This document shows positions 1-10,145 of a DNA stretch of 64,000 bases, piece by piece. The notes under the pieces were generated by a model. The model was given only the letters and a program-made list of their open reading frames with translations, did no database searches and was not told the origin of the DNA. Both the position numbers and the translations under genes were made by a program. Every line of letters starts with the position of its first letter. The stretch's first letter is position 1. This DNA is from an uncultured Chloroflexia bacterium (GTDB lineage: Bacteria; Chloroflexota; Limnocylindria; QHBO01): contig CAWGTN010000002.1 of NCBI GenBank assembly GCA_963825525.1, positions 800,001 to 864,000 on the forward strand. The letters run 5' to 3'.

Positions 1-2
1 CC

Positions 3-104
3 CGCGGCAACGGCGTCATCGGCGGCCAGGACGAGAAGAGCCTGCTCGACGAGCTCGGTGCGGATCGTCTCGACGCCGAAGCCATGGCGGGGGCCGGACG
101 ATGA
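3..104 (+). CDS. 3' end of an upstream gene (partial; probably part of the arg operon)
   Basis: Frame reads RGNGVIGGQDEKSLLDELGADRLDAEAMAGAGR*; its TGA overlaps the ATG at 101 (ATGA coupling). Confidence 0.45.
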   Translation, partial: RGNGVIGGQDEKSLLDELGADRLDAEAMAGAGR

Positions 105-619
105 GCGAGAAGCAGGATCCGGGTGGGCTGCGCATGGCCGGGACGATTGCCGCCCTGACCTCCGATTCGTCGTACGTGCGTCGTGCCCGGACCCGTGATG
201 TCGACGCCATCCTGGCGGTCATCGGGACCTACGTGGAGCAGCACGTGCTGCTGCCGCGAACGCGCGAGGAGATCCTCGCGCACATCGACACCTGGTGGGT
301 CAGCGACCTGAACGGCGACGTGGTCGGCTGCGCTGCGCTGCGTGACTTCGGAGACGGCCTGGGCGAGCTTCGATCCCTGAGCGTCGTCGCCGAGGCTCAT
401 GGCCGCGGGCTCGGCGAGTCCCTGGTGCATGCCGTCGTCCGCGAGGCCGGGCGCCACGAGATGACGCGCCTGTTTGCCATCACCAGCAACCCGGGCTACT
501 TCGCCCGACACGGCTTCGCCGAGATCGAGATGCAGGACGTCCCGGAGATCCTGCACGTGGATCGCGTTCCGTGGCCACGGCGCAGCGGTACCGGGCACGC
601 CATGGAGCTTGCGCTGTGA
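101..619 (+). CDS. argA: Short GNAT-type N-acetylglutamate synthase
   Basis: VLLPRT, VVGCAAL, ELRSLSV, GRGLG motifs; directly upstream of argD and argF. Confidence 0.8.
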   Translation: MSEKQDPGGLRMAGTIAALTSDSSYVRRARTRDVDAILAVIGTYVEQHVLLPRTREEILAHIDTWWVSDLNGDVVGCAALRDFGDGLGELRSLSVVAEAHGRGLGESLVHAVVREAGRHEMTRLFAITSNPGYFARHGFAEIEMQDVPEILHVDRVPWPRRSGTGHAMELAL

Positions 620-1827
620 GCGAGGCCGCAGCCGCCCACGTCAGCGGCGCCGTGGCCCACGAGGCACGAGTCCACCTCCAGACCTACGCCCGCCAGCCGA
701 TCACGCTCGTGCGCGGCCGAGGCTCCTGGGTGACCGACGATGCGGGCCGCGAGTACCTGGATCTCGTGGCGGGCATCGCCGTCAATGTGCTCGGCCACGC
801 CCACCCTGCCGTGGCCGCGGCGGTCGCGGACCAGGCATCGACATTGGTACAGGTCTCGAACCTCTACTACACGCTGCCGCAGCTCGAGCTTGCCGATGCG
901 CTGATCGAGCGCTCACCGTTCGATCGCGTCTTCTTCACGAACTCCGGGACCGAGGCCAACGAGGCGGCCCTCAAGCTGGCGCGACGACACGGTCGGGAGC
1001 GCGGCGCGCACGAAGTCGTGTCGCTCCTCGGCTCGTTCCACGGCCGGACCTTCGGCTCGCTCGCGGCGACCGGGCAGCCGAAGTACCAGGCGCCGTTCGC
1101 CCCGCTGCCGCCCGGATTCCGTCATGTCGCCCCGAACGACATCGCGGCGCTCGACGCGGCGGTCAGCGAGGCCACCTGCGCGGTCCTGCTGGAGCCGATC
1201 ATGGGCGAAGGAGGCATCCATCCGCTGACCGACGATTTCCTTCGCGCCGCTCGGGCCGCCTGCGACCGTGTCGGAGCTCTCCTGATCCTCGATGAAGTGC
1301 AGACGGCCATCGGACGCACGGGCACCTTCTTCGCGTTCGAGGCGAGCTCCATCGTTCCCGACGCGGTGACCCTGGCCAAGGGCCTGGCCGGCGGGATCCC
1401 GATCGGCGCGCTCCTCGTCCGCCAGTCGGCGGCGTCATTCCAGGTCGGTGATCACGGCACCACGCTCGGGGGCAACCCGGTGTCGTGCGCCGCCGCGCTT
1501 GCGACCCTGCGCGTGCTGGACGATGCCGACCTCATGGCGAACGCGCGCGGGCGCGGCGCACAGCTCGTGGCCGGCCTGGCGCCGCTGGCCGACAACGGCC
1601 TGCTCGTCGAGGTGCGTGGGCGCGGCCTGATGCTCGGGCTGGAGACGGCCGCGCCGATCGCCCGCGCGACGGTCGCGGCCGCGCGCGACCACCACGGACT
1701 GCTCGTGAACGCCACCGGCGACACGACATTGCGGCTCGTGCCCCCGCTCACCATCAGCCAGGACGAGATCGCGATCGCGATCGAGCGCCTGGGAGCCGCG
1801 CTGGCCGAGGCGGCGGTGCCCGCATGA
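616..1827 (+). CDS. argD: Acetylornithine aminotransferase
   Basis: Class III PLP aminotransferase motifs NSGTEANEAA, FHGRT, DEVQT, TLAKGLAGG; GTG start overlaps argA stop. Confidence 0.92.
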   Translation: MSEAAAAHVSGAVAHEARVHLQTYARQPITLVRGRGSWVTDDAGREYLDLVAGIAVNVLGHAHPAVAAAVADQASTLVQVSNLYYTLPQLELADALIERSPFDRVFFTNSGTEANEAALKLARRHGRERGAHEVVSLLGSFHGRTFGSLAATGQPKYQAPFAPLPPGFRHVAPNDIAALDAAVSEATCAVLLEPIMGEGGIHPLTDDFLRAARAACDRVGALLILDEVQTAIGRTGTFFAFEASSIVPDAVTLAKGLAGGIPIGALLVRQSAASFQVGDHGTTLGGNPVSCAAALATLRVLDDADLMANARGRGAQLVAGLAPLADNGLLVEVRGRGLMLGLETAAPIARATVAAARDHHGLLVNATGDTTLRLVPPLTISQDEIAIAIERLGAALAEAAVPA

Positions 1828-2798
1828 CCGTCATCCGCGCGGCGTCGCGCCACGTGGTCCCCGCCTCGGTGCTTCATGTGCTGGGCTCCGAGGACTTCGG
1901 GACCCTTGGCCTCGACCGCCTCCTGGATCGGGCCGACGTCGCCCGCGCGGAGCGCGCGGCACCGGACGCGGCGCGACCGCTCGTCGGGCGCCAGGTGGCG
2001 CTGTTGTTCGAGAAGCCGAGCCTCCGGACGCGGGTGAGCTTCGAGGTCGCGGTCACGGCACTCGGTGGCCACGCGATCGCACTCGGGCCCGATGAGGTCG
2101 GGCTCGGTCGCCGAGAGACCGCAGCCGACGTGGCGCGCAACCTGTCGCGCCTGGTGGACATCATCGTGCTGCGCACGTTCGCCCACGCGACCCTGACCGA
2201 GATGGCCGCCGTGTCGTCGATTCCGGTCATCAATGCGCTCACCGACGATGAGCACCCGTGCCAGGCCCTGGCCGATCTGCTCACCCTGCGCCGGCAGTTC
2301 GGGAACCTCTCGGCGCTGACGCTCGCGTACGTGGGAGATGGGAACAATGTCGCGCACTCGCTCCTCCTGGCCGGCGCCGTTGCCGGAATGGAGGTCCGGC
2401 TCGCGACACCGGTCGGCTACGCGCCGAGCCCGGCGGTCGTGGCGCGTGCCGCATCGCTGTCCGACCGCATGGGCGGCCGACACGCCGTGATCGCGACCGA
2501 CCCCGTCGAGGCCGTTCGCGGCGCAGATGCCGTGTACACCGACGTGTGGGCCAGCATGGGTCGCGAGGCGGAGGCCGATGAGCGGCGCGACCGCTTCGCC
2601 GCCTACCAGGTCAACGAGCAGCTGCTGGCTCACGCCGCACCCCACGTGGTGGCGATGCACTGCATGCCCGCGCATCGGGGCGAGGAGATCTCCGCCGAAG
2701 TGCTGGATGGGCCGCGCTCGCTGGCCCTCGAGCAGGCCGAGAACCGCCGGTACGTCCAGGAGGCGATCCTCGCGACGGTGCTTGCCCCGACGGCCTGA
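1824..2798 (+). CDS. argF: Ornithine carbamoyltransferase
   Basis: FEKPSLRTRVSF, HPCQALAD, YTDVWASMG, HCMP motifs; ATGA overlap with argD. Confidence 0.93.
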   Translation: MTVIRAASRHVVPASVLHVLGSEDFGTLGLDRLLDRADVARAERAAPDAARPLVGRQVALLFEKPSLRTRVSFEVAVTALGGHAIALGPDEVGLGRRETAADVARNLSRLVDIIVLRTFAHATLTEMAAVSSIPVINALTDDEHPCQALADLLTLRRQFGNLSALTLAYVGDGNNVAHSLLLAGAVAGMEVRLATPVGYAPSPAVVARAASLSDRMGGRHAVIATDPVEAVRGADAVYTDVWASMGREAEADERRDRFAAYQVNEQLLAHAAPHVVAMHCMPAHRGEEISAEVLDGPRSLALEQAENRRYVQEAILATVLAPTA

Positions 2799-2831
2799 TC
2801 ATCGACGGTCGCGCTCCGCTAGCATCGGCGC

Positions 2832-3641
2832 ATGGAGCAGCGCACCGCCGAACTCATGGCCGATGAGGAGTCCCGTGCCGACATGTCGGCCAGCGACTTC
2901 GACCACGACTTCCTGGCGGCTCACCTGACCGAAGAACGGCGGCGCGCCGGCATCCTCGGTGAAATCCGCGAGGCGATCTTCGGCGCGCAGGACGGCCTCG
3001 TCAGCACCCTCGCGGTCGTGAGCACCGTGGCCGGCGCCACGAGCGACCGGTACGCCGTGCTCATCGCCGGCATCGCATCCGGGCTGGCGGGCATCTTCAG
3101 CATGGGCGCCGGCGAGTACATCGGCAGCAAGAGCCAGCGCGAGATCTTCGAGGCGCAGATCGCCGACGAGCGCCACGAGGTCCACGACCGACCCGGCGAG
3201 GCGGAGGCCGAGGTCGCCTTCATGTTCGAAGAAGACGGTCTGCCCCACGACCAGGCACTGGCCGTCGCCCAAGTCATGGCGCGGCATCCGGAGGTCTTGC
3301 TCAAGACGATGGTGGAAAAGGAGCTGGGCCTCACCCTCGAGGAGGGAGGCGGATCGCCGATGCAGGGCGCGCTGGTGATGGGCGGCGCATTCGCTCTCGG
3401 GACCATCCCGCCCATCGTGCCTCACCTCTTCGTGAACGGCGGGGCGGCCGTGCTCGTATCGGCGGTCGCCACGCTGTCCGTGCTCTTTGCGATCGGAGCG
3501 GTGAAGAGCCGCTGGACGCACAGGTCGTGGTGGGCTTCAGGGCTCGAGATCATGTTGCTCGGCGCGATTGCCGGAGTGGCCGGCTACTTCTTCGGCAGCA
3601 TCCTGCCCGTCCTCCTGGGAGCGCCGGAGGTGGCCGCCTAG
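2832..3641 (+). CDS. VIT1/CCC1 family Fe/Mn transporter
   Basis: IFGAQDGLVS and SMGAGEY motifs, transmembrane segments; TAGCAT -10 box 6 nt upstream (leaderless). Confidence 0.88.
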   Translation: MEQRTAELMADEESRADMSASDFDHDFLAAHLTEERRRAGILGEIREAIFGAQDGLVSTLAVVSTVAGATSDRYAVLIAGIASGLAGIFSMGAGEYIGSKSQREIFEAQIADERHEVHDRPGEAEAEVAFMFEEDGLPHDQALAVAQVMARHPEVLLKTMVEKELGLTLEEGGGSPMQGALVMGGAFALGTIPPIVPHLFVNGGAAVLVSAVATLSVLFAIGAVKSRWTHRSWWASGLEIMLLGAIAGVAGYFFGSILPVLLGAPEVAA

Positions 3642-4105
3642 GAAGCCGGCAGCTCCGCGCCACAGCCCTTGCAGAACTTCGCGTCGCCGGCATTGGCGGT
3701 CCGACATGCGTCACACACCAGCCGCAGGGCAGCGCCACAATCGTCGCAATACGCCGCGTCGGCGGCGTTCGTCCCGCCGCATTTGGCGCACGTCTCCTGG
3801 CCCGAGCCGAGGCCGAGTGCGCCGAGCGTGTCGCGGATCGTCGGCGTCACCTCACCGGCGACGAATCGCGACGCGGGCCCGAGATACGCGAACTTCGTGA
3901 TGGCGCTGCCGATGGCGATGAGCGGAAGGCCGATGAACGCCATCCAGAAGTTGCCCGGGATGCCCATCCCACCGAAGGCCGCGAAGAAGTCGATCATCGC
4001 GATCGCGGTGAACAACAGGCCCACGCCGACCATGGCCGGACCGATGATCCGCAACGAGCTCCGCAGGCTCGCCTGCTCGGGAAGCCCGGGATCGGGCGAT
4101 GGCAT
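3638..4105 (-). CDS. Membrane protein with C-terminal double zinc ribbon
   Basis: Two TM helices, then CAKCG..N...A.YCDDCG and CDAC..N...AKFCKGCG. Confidence 0.8.
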   Translation of the reverse strand: MPSPDPGLPEQASLRSSLRIIGPAMVGVGLLFTAIAMIDFFAAFGGMGIPGNFWMAFIGLPLIAIGSAITKFAYLGPASRFVAGEVTPTIRDTLGALGLGSGQETCAKCGGTNAADAAYCDDCGAALRLVCDACRTANAGDAKFCKGCGAELPAS

Positions 4106-4188
4106 TGGTCGATCCCCTTTGGATGCGGGTTGGGCGGAGGACTCACGGGTGTCGAGAACGCGGTGCGCTCCGGAGTATATGAGCGGGA

Positions 4189-4596
4189 TCAACCGCTGAC
4201 GGTGACCACGCCCACCATGCCATAGGCCTCATGCCCCGGCAGGTGGCAGATGAAGGCCAGCTGCCCGGCCGTGTCGAACGTGATGGTCGTCGATACGGTC
4301 TCGAGCGCCGGAACAGTGACCTCGGTGGGGATCGTGTCATGCCGCTCGTGCGTCCCCGTGCGATGAGCCTGGTGGAACGCCTCATCGCCGATCAGCCATT
4401 CATGATCGATCGGATCCTCGTTCACCAGGACGAAGGTCACCGGGACGCCGCGCGCGACGCTGACATTGGTCACGTCAAAGCCCGAATGGCGGATCCTGAT
4501 CGTCACCTCCTGCGCAGCCGGCCCGCTGGCCGCGGTCGTGGCCGCCGCGAGGAGCAGCGCCACGACCGCGATGATCAATCCGGCACGGCGGGTCAT
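4189..4596 (-). CDS. Secreted cupredoxin (plastocyanin/azurin-like)
   Basis: Signal peptide; type-1 Cu ligands H(DHE) and CHLPGHEAYGM; ATG at 4596. Confidence 0.85.
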   Translation of the reverse strand: MTRRAGLIIAVVALLLAAATTAASGPAAQEVTIRIRHSGFDVTNVSVARGVPVTFVLVNEDPIDHEWLIGDEAFHQAHRTGTHERHDTIPTEVTVPALETVSTTITFDTAGQLAFICHLPGHEAYGMVGVVTVSG

Positions 4597-5657
4597 GCGC
4601 CGGCGAACGGAGGCATGTGATCCGAGCCCCGTTCCGATCGTGTGATGGCGACCGGTACCGCGATCACCATGAGCGCCGCGAGCAGCAGGTAGAGCGCAAC
4701 CGGCGGACGGGGCGCCGGATTGTCCGTGAACGGGAGATAGCCCGCGTCGACCGCCGAAGGTCGACCGGCGCCGGACGCATCGATGGCGAGATCGAAGTCG
4801 AGCTGGCCCGCGCTCGACGCGATGACCACCTTGGTCAGCCATGCCGATTCGGGCACCCACTCCATGCCGGCGTCCGATCGCAGGTCGCTCAGCAGGAGAT
4901 CGGTGGCCGCCGCGCTGTGGTCGAGGATCAGCCCGTCCGACTCCGCGAACACGCCGGCACGAGGCAGGAGGGTCGGGCGGATGTCGGTCAGGAGATAGAC
5001 GTCCGCCTCGACGAGCTCCGCATCGGCCTTGCCGAGGCCCAGGATGCGCAGGGGCACCCAGGGGTTGTCGGTCGGGATGACGAGGTGCACCGGCGTGCCA
5101 TCGCCGATGGCCTGGCCGCGGGCAGCGGCCGCATCGGCATCGAAGGCAGCGGCCATGAAGATCGGTGAGCGATCGGCGTAGAAGTCGAGGACCTCGGGCG
5201 CATCGGGCGGGAGGCTGAAGCCGTGGTTCTTGGCCCACAGCCCCACCTCATCACCCCCGCCGCGCAGGATCGTGATATCGAGCGCGTCGATGGTCGTCTC
5301 GAGGAGGACCTCTGCCTCATCTGAGGCAGCCGCGCTCAACTCGGCTCCGCGAAAGAAGAGGTCGGGCTGGGGATCGGTCTCGCGGAGGAGGCGCTGGAGC
5401 GTCCAGTCGCCGCCGCGGATGACATCGGTCGGGATGCCCGGGAGGGGCGTGATCGAACCGAACTTGCCACCACCACCGGCGAACTCGAACGAGGTGACGT
5501 AGTGCTCGACACCATCGTGATAGCCGGCGAAGGTCGTGGTGCGGAGCAGGTTGACGGCACCGTTGGGGCCGATGAGGCCGCCGCATGCGAGTGCGGGCGC
5601 CGCGGTGATGAGCAGGGCGGCCGAAGCGACCACCAGGGAGAGCCATGGACGTCGCAT
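4593..5657 (-). CDS. DUF2330-like secreted, membrane-anchored protein
   Basis: Signal peptide ending ALA-CGG, W...GF..P segment, C-terminal TM anchor. Confidence 0.7.
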   Translation of the reverse strand: MRRPWLSLVVASAALLITAAPALACGGLIGPNGAVNLLRTTTFAGYHDGVEHYVTSFEFAGGGGKFGSITPLPGIPTDVIRGGDWTLQRLLRETDPQPDLFFRGAELSAAASDEAEVLLETTIDALDITILRGGGDEVGLWAKNHGFSLPPDAPEVLDFYADRSPIFMAAAFDADAAAARGQAIGDGTPVHLVIPTDNPWVPLRILGLGKADAELVEADVYLLTDIRPTLLPRAGVFAESDGLILDHSAAATDLLLSDLRSDAGMEWVPESAWLTKVVIASSAGQLDFDLAIDASGAGRPSAVDAGYLPFTDNPAPRPPVALYLLLAALMVIAVPVAITRSERGSDHMPPFAGA

Positions 5658-5839
5658 CGACCGTCCTCCTTGCATATGGGCGTGGGATCGATGCTGCAGC
5701 ACCGGGTCTGACGCCCCGGCGGGCCATTCGGTTCCGCCGGGAACGGCCTGCGGGAGGCCCGCCGGTTTGCCATCACCGTCAATACTGTGTGCGCTCGCGC
5801 TTCCCGTTGCCCGACGCGAGCAGCACGGAGGGATGACGT

Positions 5840-7722
5840 TTGCACCTGTTCGCGATCGGCTGGGGCCTGTCCGACGAGCTGGGCCAGCGCCTGCGCGACG
5901 AGGTGCGGCGGACTGCCCGGGGGTTCCCGCACCTCGACCCGGAGACGCACTGGTCGCGCGGCCTCCCGGGAGGGGTCCTTGCGACCGGGATCACGTCCTC
6001 GGCCGAGATCATTCGCCCTCGCGAATACGTGCATGACGACGGAGACATTCTCACGCGTGTTCGATGGTCTGCCGCTGGCTCCGACCATCCGGTTCGCGGC
6101 CCACCGCGCGAGCGAGCTGGCGCGGGAGTGGGAACGTCTTCCCGACATCCTCGAAGGCCGATTCATCGCCGCCCGGATCCGCGCGACTGCGGGGGATATC
6201 GAGATCCTGAACGACCCGCTCGGCGTGGGCCAGCTGTACGTGTGGGAGTCAGGCGGGGCGTCGATCGTCTCGAACAGCGCCGGGGTCATCCAGCGCGCCA
6301 TCGGTGTCACCGATCCGGATCCACTCGGGGTCAGCATGTTCCTGGCCATGGATTGGGTCGGAGCCGACCGAACGCTCCGTCGCGACGTCCGCGTCGCCCC
6401 GGCCGGCCAACGCTGGCGTTGGCGTAGCGGCGACCGCCAATGGTCGCGGAGCACGTATTGGAGCGTGGCAAGCGCGGATCTCCGCCCCGAGCGGATCATG
6501 GATGACGCGATCACCGACGGAGTGATCGAAGGTCTAGGTGGCGTGGTCGAGGCGGCGGCAGGTCATCGGCTCGATCAACGCGCCGCTGACCGGCGGGAAG
6601 GACTCGCGCATGCTCGCGGCCGTGCTGCTGGCTAAGGGGATCGATGCGCGCTACTGGACCAAGGGAGACGCCGGATCGGTTGACGTCGGCATCGCCATCG
6701 ACATCGCGGAGCGCCATGGGCTCAACCATCGGGTCGCGAATCGGCCGACCCAGGCCGAGGACGGACGCGATCCGACCCAGGACGTGGCCGCCGAATGGGA
6801 GTCGATCACGCGCGAGTTCGTTCATCAGACCGATGGGCTGGCGAGCATCTTCCTGGTCGGCAACATCCAGGGCCAGCCTCGCCGGGTCTCCAACCTCGAG
6901 GTGACCTTGTCCGCCATGTGCGCCGAGAGCGCGCGTGCGATGTACGCGCAGGACTACCTGTGCGCCCCCGACGCGAGCGTCGCGCGCATCCGTCGCTACA
7001 TGCCGTACGCCGAAACCCAGATCCCGCGGGGTCTGGTGAGCGGCGAGGCCTACGCTGCCGCGAGACGCCAGATCGCGGAGTGGGTCGATGGGGCGGATGG
7101 CATCGCGACGGTCAACCGGCCGGCTGCCTTCTACCTCGACGAGCGGTGTCGCCGATGGGCGTCGAACAACCCGCGCGAGCTCGGCCAGACCGAGGACAAG
7201 GTCCTCCCGTTCGTGACTCGCCCGTACGTCGAGGCGGTCCTCGGTCTCCATCCTGACGAGCGGGAGACGCACCAGGTGCACAAGCGCGTCATCCGCCGCA
7301 CGGTGCCCGACCTCGAGCACGATCCGCCGTTGGACCTCCCCTGGCACAGCGAGATCCCGCCCCGGGCATCCGCACGACGCAAGCTCATCAACGTCGTGAT
7401 GGCAGGCATGCCGTACCCGGCGCGTCGTGCGCTGGTCGAGACCCGTGAACGGCTGCGTCCCACGCGCGTGACCCGCGCTCCGTGGTCGCCATACGACGAG
7501 GCCAGCTGGCTCGAGGCCAATCTCGCGCACGCCCGCGACACCATCCTGTCGCGGTCGCGGTCACCACTCTGGGACTACCTCAACCGCCCGATGCTCGAGC
7601 GGCTGCTCGATCCGACGACGGAGCCCGACCGGCGGCGCCTCCACCAGCTGCCGCTGTTCGCCACGTACACGATGTTCATGTACGAGGCGCTCGAGGCCGA
7701 GCTGGCAAACGAGCGCCGCTGA
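5840..7722 (+). CDS. Asparagine synthetase-like protein (Ntn-like plus PP-loop ATPase domain); two apparent frameshifts (~6055, ~6560)
   Basis: Joined from ORFs 5840.., 5787..6635 and 6538..7722; NDPLGVGQLY and PP-loop LTGGKDSR. Confidence 0.7.
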
Positions 7723-7731
7723 CCGTCTACC

Positions 7732-10067
7732 TCACGGGAACAGGGCGTTGATCTTGGTGATCACCGAGTTCGAGACGACCGACGGGCCACCGAGCACGAA
7801 GATGCGGGCCGGCTTGAGCCGCTGAAGCTGCTGGCCCGTCGGGCTCGGCACGCTCGTACCCGAGACGAGCAGCAGCGGTCCCCCGAAGGCGCCTGCCGAT
7901 GGGCCGCCGGCCAACGCATCGGGGAATCCCAGGCCGTTGGCGACGAACGCGGTGCCCGCTGACTGAAATACGTCCTGGGCGACCTTCGCTGCGGTGGCGT
8001 AGCGGTCGGCGCCGGACATGCGAATGACCGTCCCGCTGTAACTGCCGAGCTGGGTCGCCACCGCGTTGGACACGACCGCTGTGCCACCCAGGATGACGAT
8101 GCGCGCCGGCCGGAGCCGCGACAGCTCGGTGGCGGTCGCCGAGGGGATCCCGGTCTTCGTCACCAGCAGAAGCGGGCCACCGAGCTGCGCACTGGCCGGA
8201 GCTCCCGCGAGTGCATCGGGGAAGGTGGCGCCGGTCGCGATGAATGCCGTCGGACCGCCGGGATCGAAGGCCGCTCGCGAGATGGCGGCTGCGGTTGCAT
8301 AGCGGTCCGCGCCGGCAAGGCGGTACGGTCCACCGCTGGTCGGATCGTCGTAGGAGGCGAGCTGGTTGCGCACGGTGTCGGAGACGACACCGGTCCCTCC
8401 CAGCACGTAGATGTGGTACGGCTTGAGCCGCCTTGATCTCCGCCAGGGTCGGGCCGGGAATCGCCGACTTCGACACCAGCAGGAGCGGCGACCCTGTTTG
8501 GGCGGCGAGCGCCGCTCCGGCGAGAGCATCCGGGAAGCCCGATCCCGGTGGCGATGAACAGGTAGGGAACGTGCGGGGTGAACGTGGCTGCAGAAATCGC
8601 GGCGGCCGTCGCGTAGCGGTCGGTGCCCGACAGCCGTCGGACGTCGGGTCGGGTCACCACCGCGGCCCGTGCGTCGATGAGCCGTGGCACCGCGATCCAT
8701 CCCAGGACGGAGGGAAGGGCGCGGGCAGTTCGGACCAGGTGCTGCTTCATGGTCTCGCCACCGGCCGCCAGCAGGGCCGGGTTAGCCGATGCCACCAGCG
8801 CCGCCACGCCACTGGTGTTTGCGGCGGCCATCGAGGTTCCGGAGAAGTAGCTGCCACAGGTCGCCCGGATCGTCGTCGGGGACGGAGCTGAGGATGTCCT
8901 CGCCAGGCGCGGCGATGTCGACGCTCCTGGTGCCGTAGTTGGTTGCGTCGCTCAGGAATCCCTCGTTGTGCGCCGATGCGACGGCCAGGATGTTCGAGAG
9001 GTCGAACGAGGCCGGATAGACCGAGTACGTACCGTCGTTGTCGTTGTTGTCGTTACCGGCCGCGGCGACGAACAGCGTGTCGCTGACATTGTCGATCGCC
9101 GCATAGATGGTGCTGCTGTAGTCGTAGCCGCCCCACGAGGCGTTGACGATGCGAGCGCCCTTGGCGTGCGCGTATTCGATCGCCTGCACGGCCTGGAAGT
9201 CGGTGCTGCAGGACGGGTCGTCGCTGATGAACTTCAGGGCCATGATCTTGACCGACGGGGCGACGCCGGCAATGCCGGTGCCATTGCCCGAAGCGGCGAT
9301 CGATCCCGCCACGTGCGTGCCGTGGAAATCGCCGGCGTCGTGGAGGGTGGCGTCGTCGTTGCAGAAGTCCCAGCCGTTGATGTCGTCGATGTGGCCGTTG
9401 GCGTCGTTGTCGATCCCGTCGCCGGGGGTCTCGCCGGGGTTCACCCAGGCCCGGCCCGCCAGGTCGGGATGCGAGAAGTCGACCCCGTCGTCGATGACCG
9501 CGACCACCACGTTGGGGCTGCCGGTCGTGATCTGCCAGGCCTCGGGGACGTTCATGTCGACGTCCTTGACCCCGGCGAAGCCCCCTACCGTCTGCCCCGT
9601 GTTGTTCAGGGCCCACTGCTGTCCGAAAACGGCTCGCCGGTGGGGCCGGCGAACACATGGCGCCGATACTCACGCTCGACCGATGCGACCTCGGGCCGAT
9701 GTTCGAGCGAGGTGGCGGCTGCGGCCAGCGCACCCAGACCTCCCGCCGGCTTGACGAGCTCGGTATCCGGGAGGGGGACATCGGCCACAAGCTCCAGGCG
9801 CTCGGTTGCGCGGACGGCCCGACGCTGGTCGGGCGAGGAACCGGGCCGATACGTGACGAACAGCCTGCCGGTTGGATCGCTCGGCGCGGGCTGCCCCTCG
9901 CCCTTCGGCACACCGCTTCGGGTGGGCATCGGCGCGGGTCCGGTGAGATCCGGCTCGGCGGCCGCCGATGGGGCGGGCCAGCTGCCGGAGGCGATCAGCA
10001 GGCCGGTCAGCAGCAGGCTGACGGCGGTCGCGCGAGGGCGCGATGAGGACACGCAGGATGCGGGCAC
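7732..10067 (-). CDS. Secreted S8 subtilase with three cell-wall-binding repeat 2 (CWB2) motifs; several apparent frameshifts
   Basis: Catalytic VIDDG, HGTHVAG, SGTSMA; repeats RLSGTDRYATAAAIS, RLAGADRYATAAAIS, RMSGADRYATAAKVA; signal peptide. Confidence 0.85.
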
Positions 10068-10145
10068 AGACTTCCCCCTAACTTCCGAGATGCGCGGAGT
10101 CGCACCGCGAGTCTAGGGGCGGCGGTTGGATGACGGCAAGGGGGA

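Noticed and set aside
5700-7722. Lasso peptide cluster (asparagine-synthetase-like cyclase)
   Set aside because: No precursor, RRE/PqqD or transglutaminase-like peptidase gene nearby.
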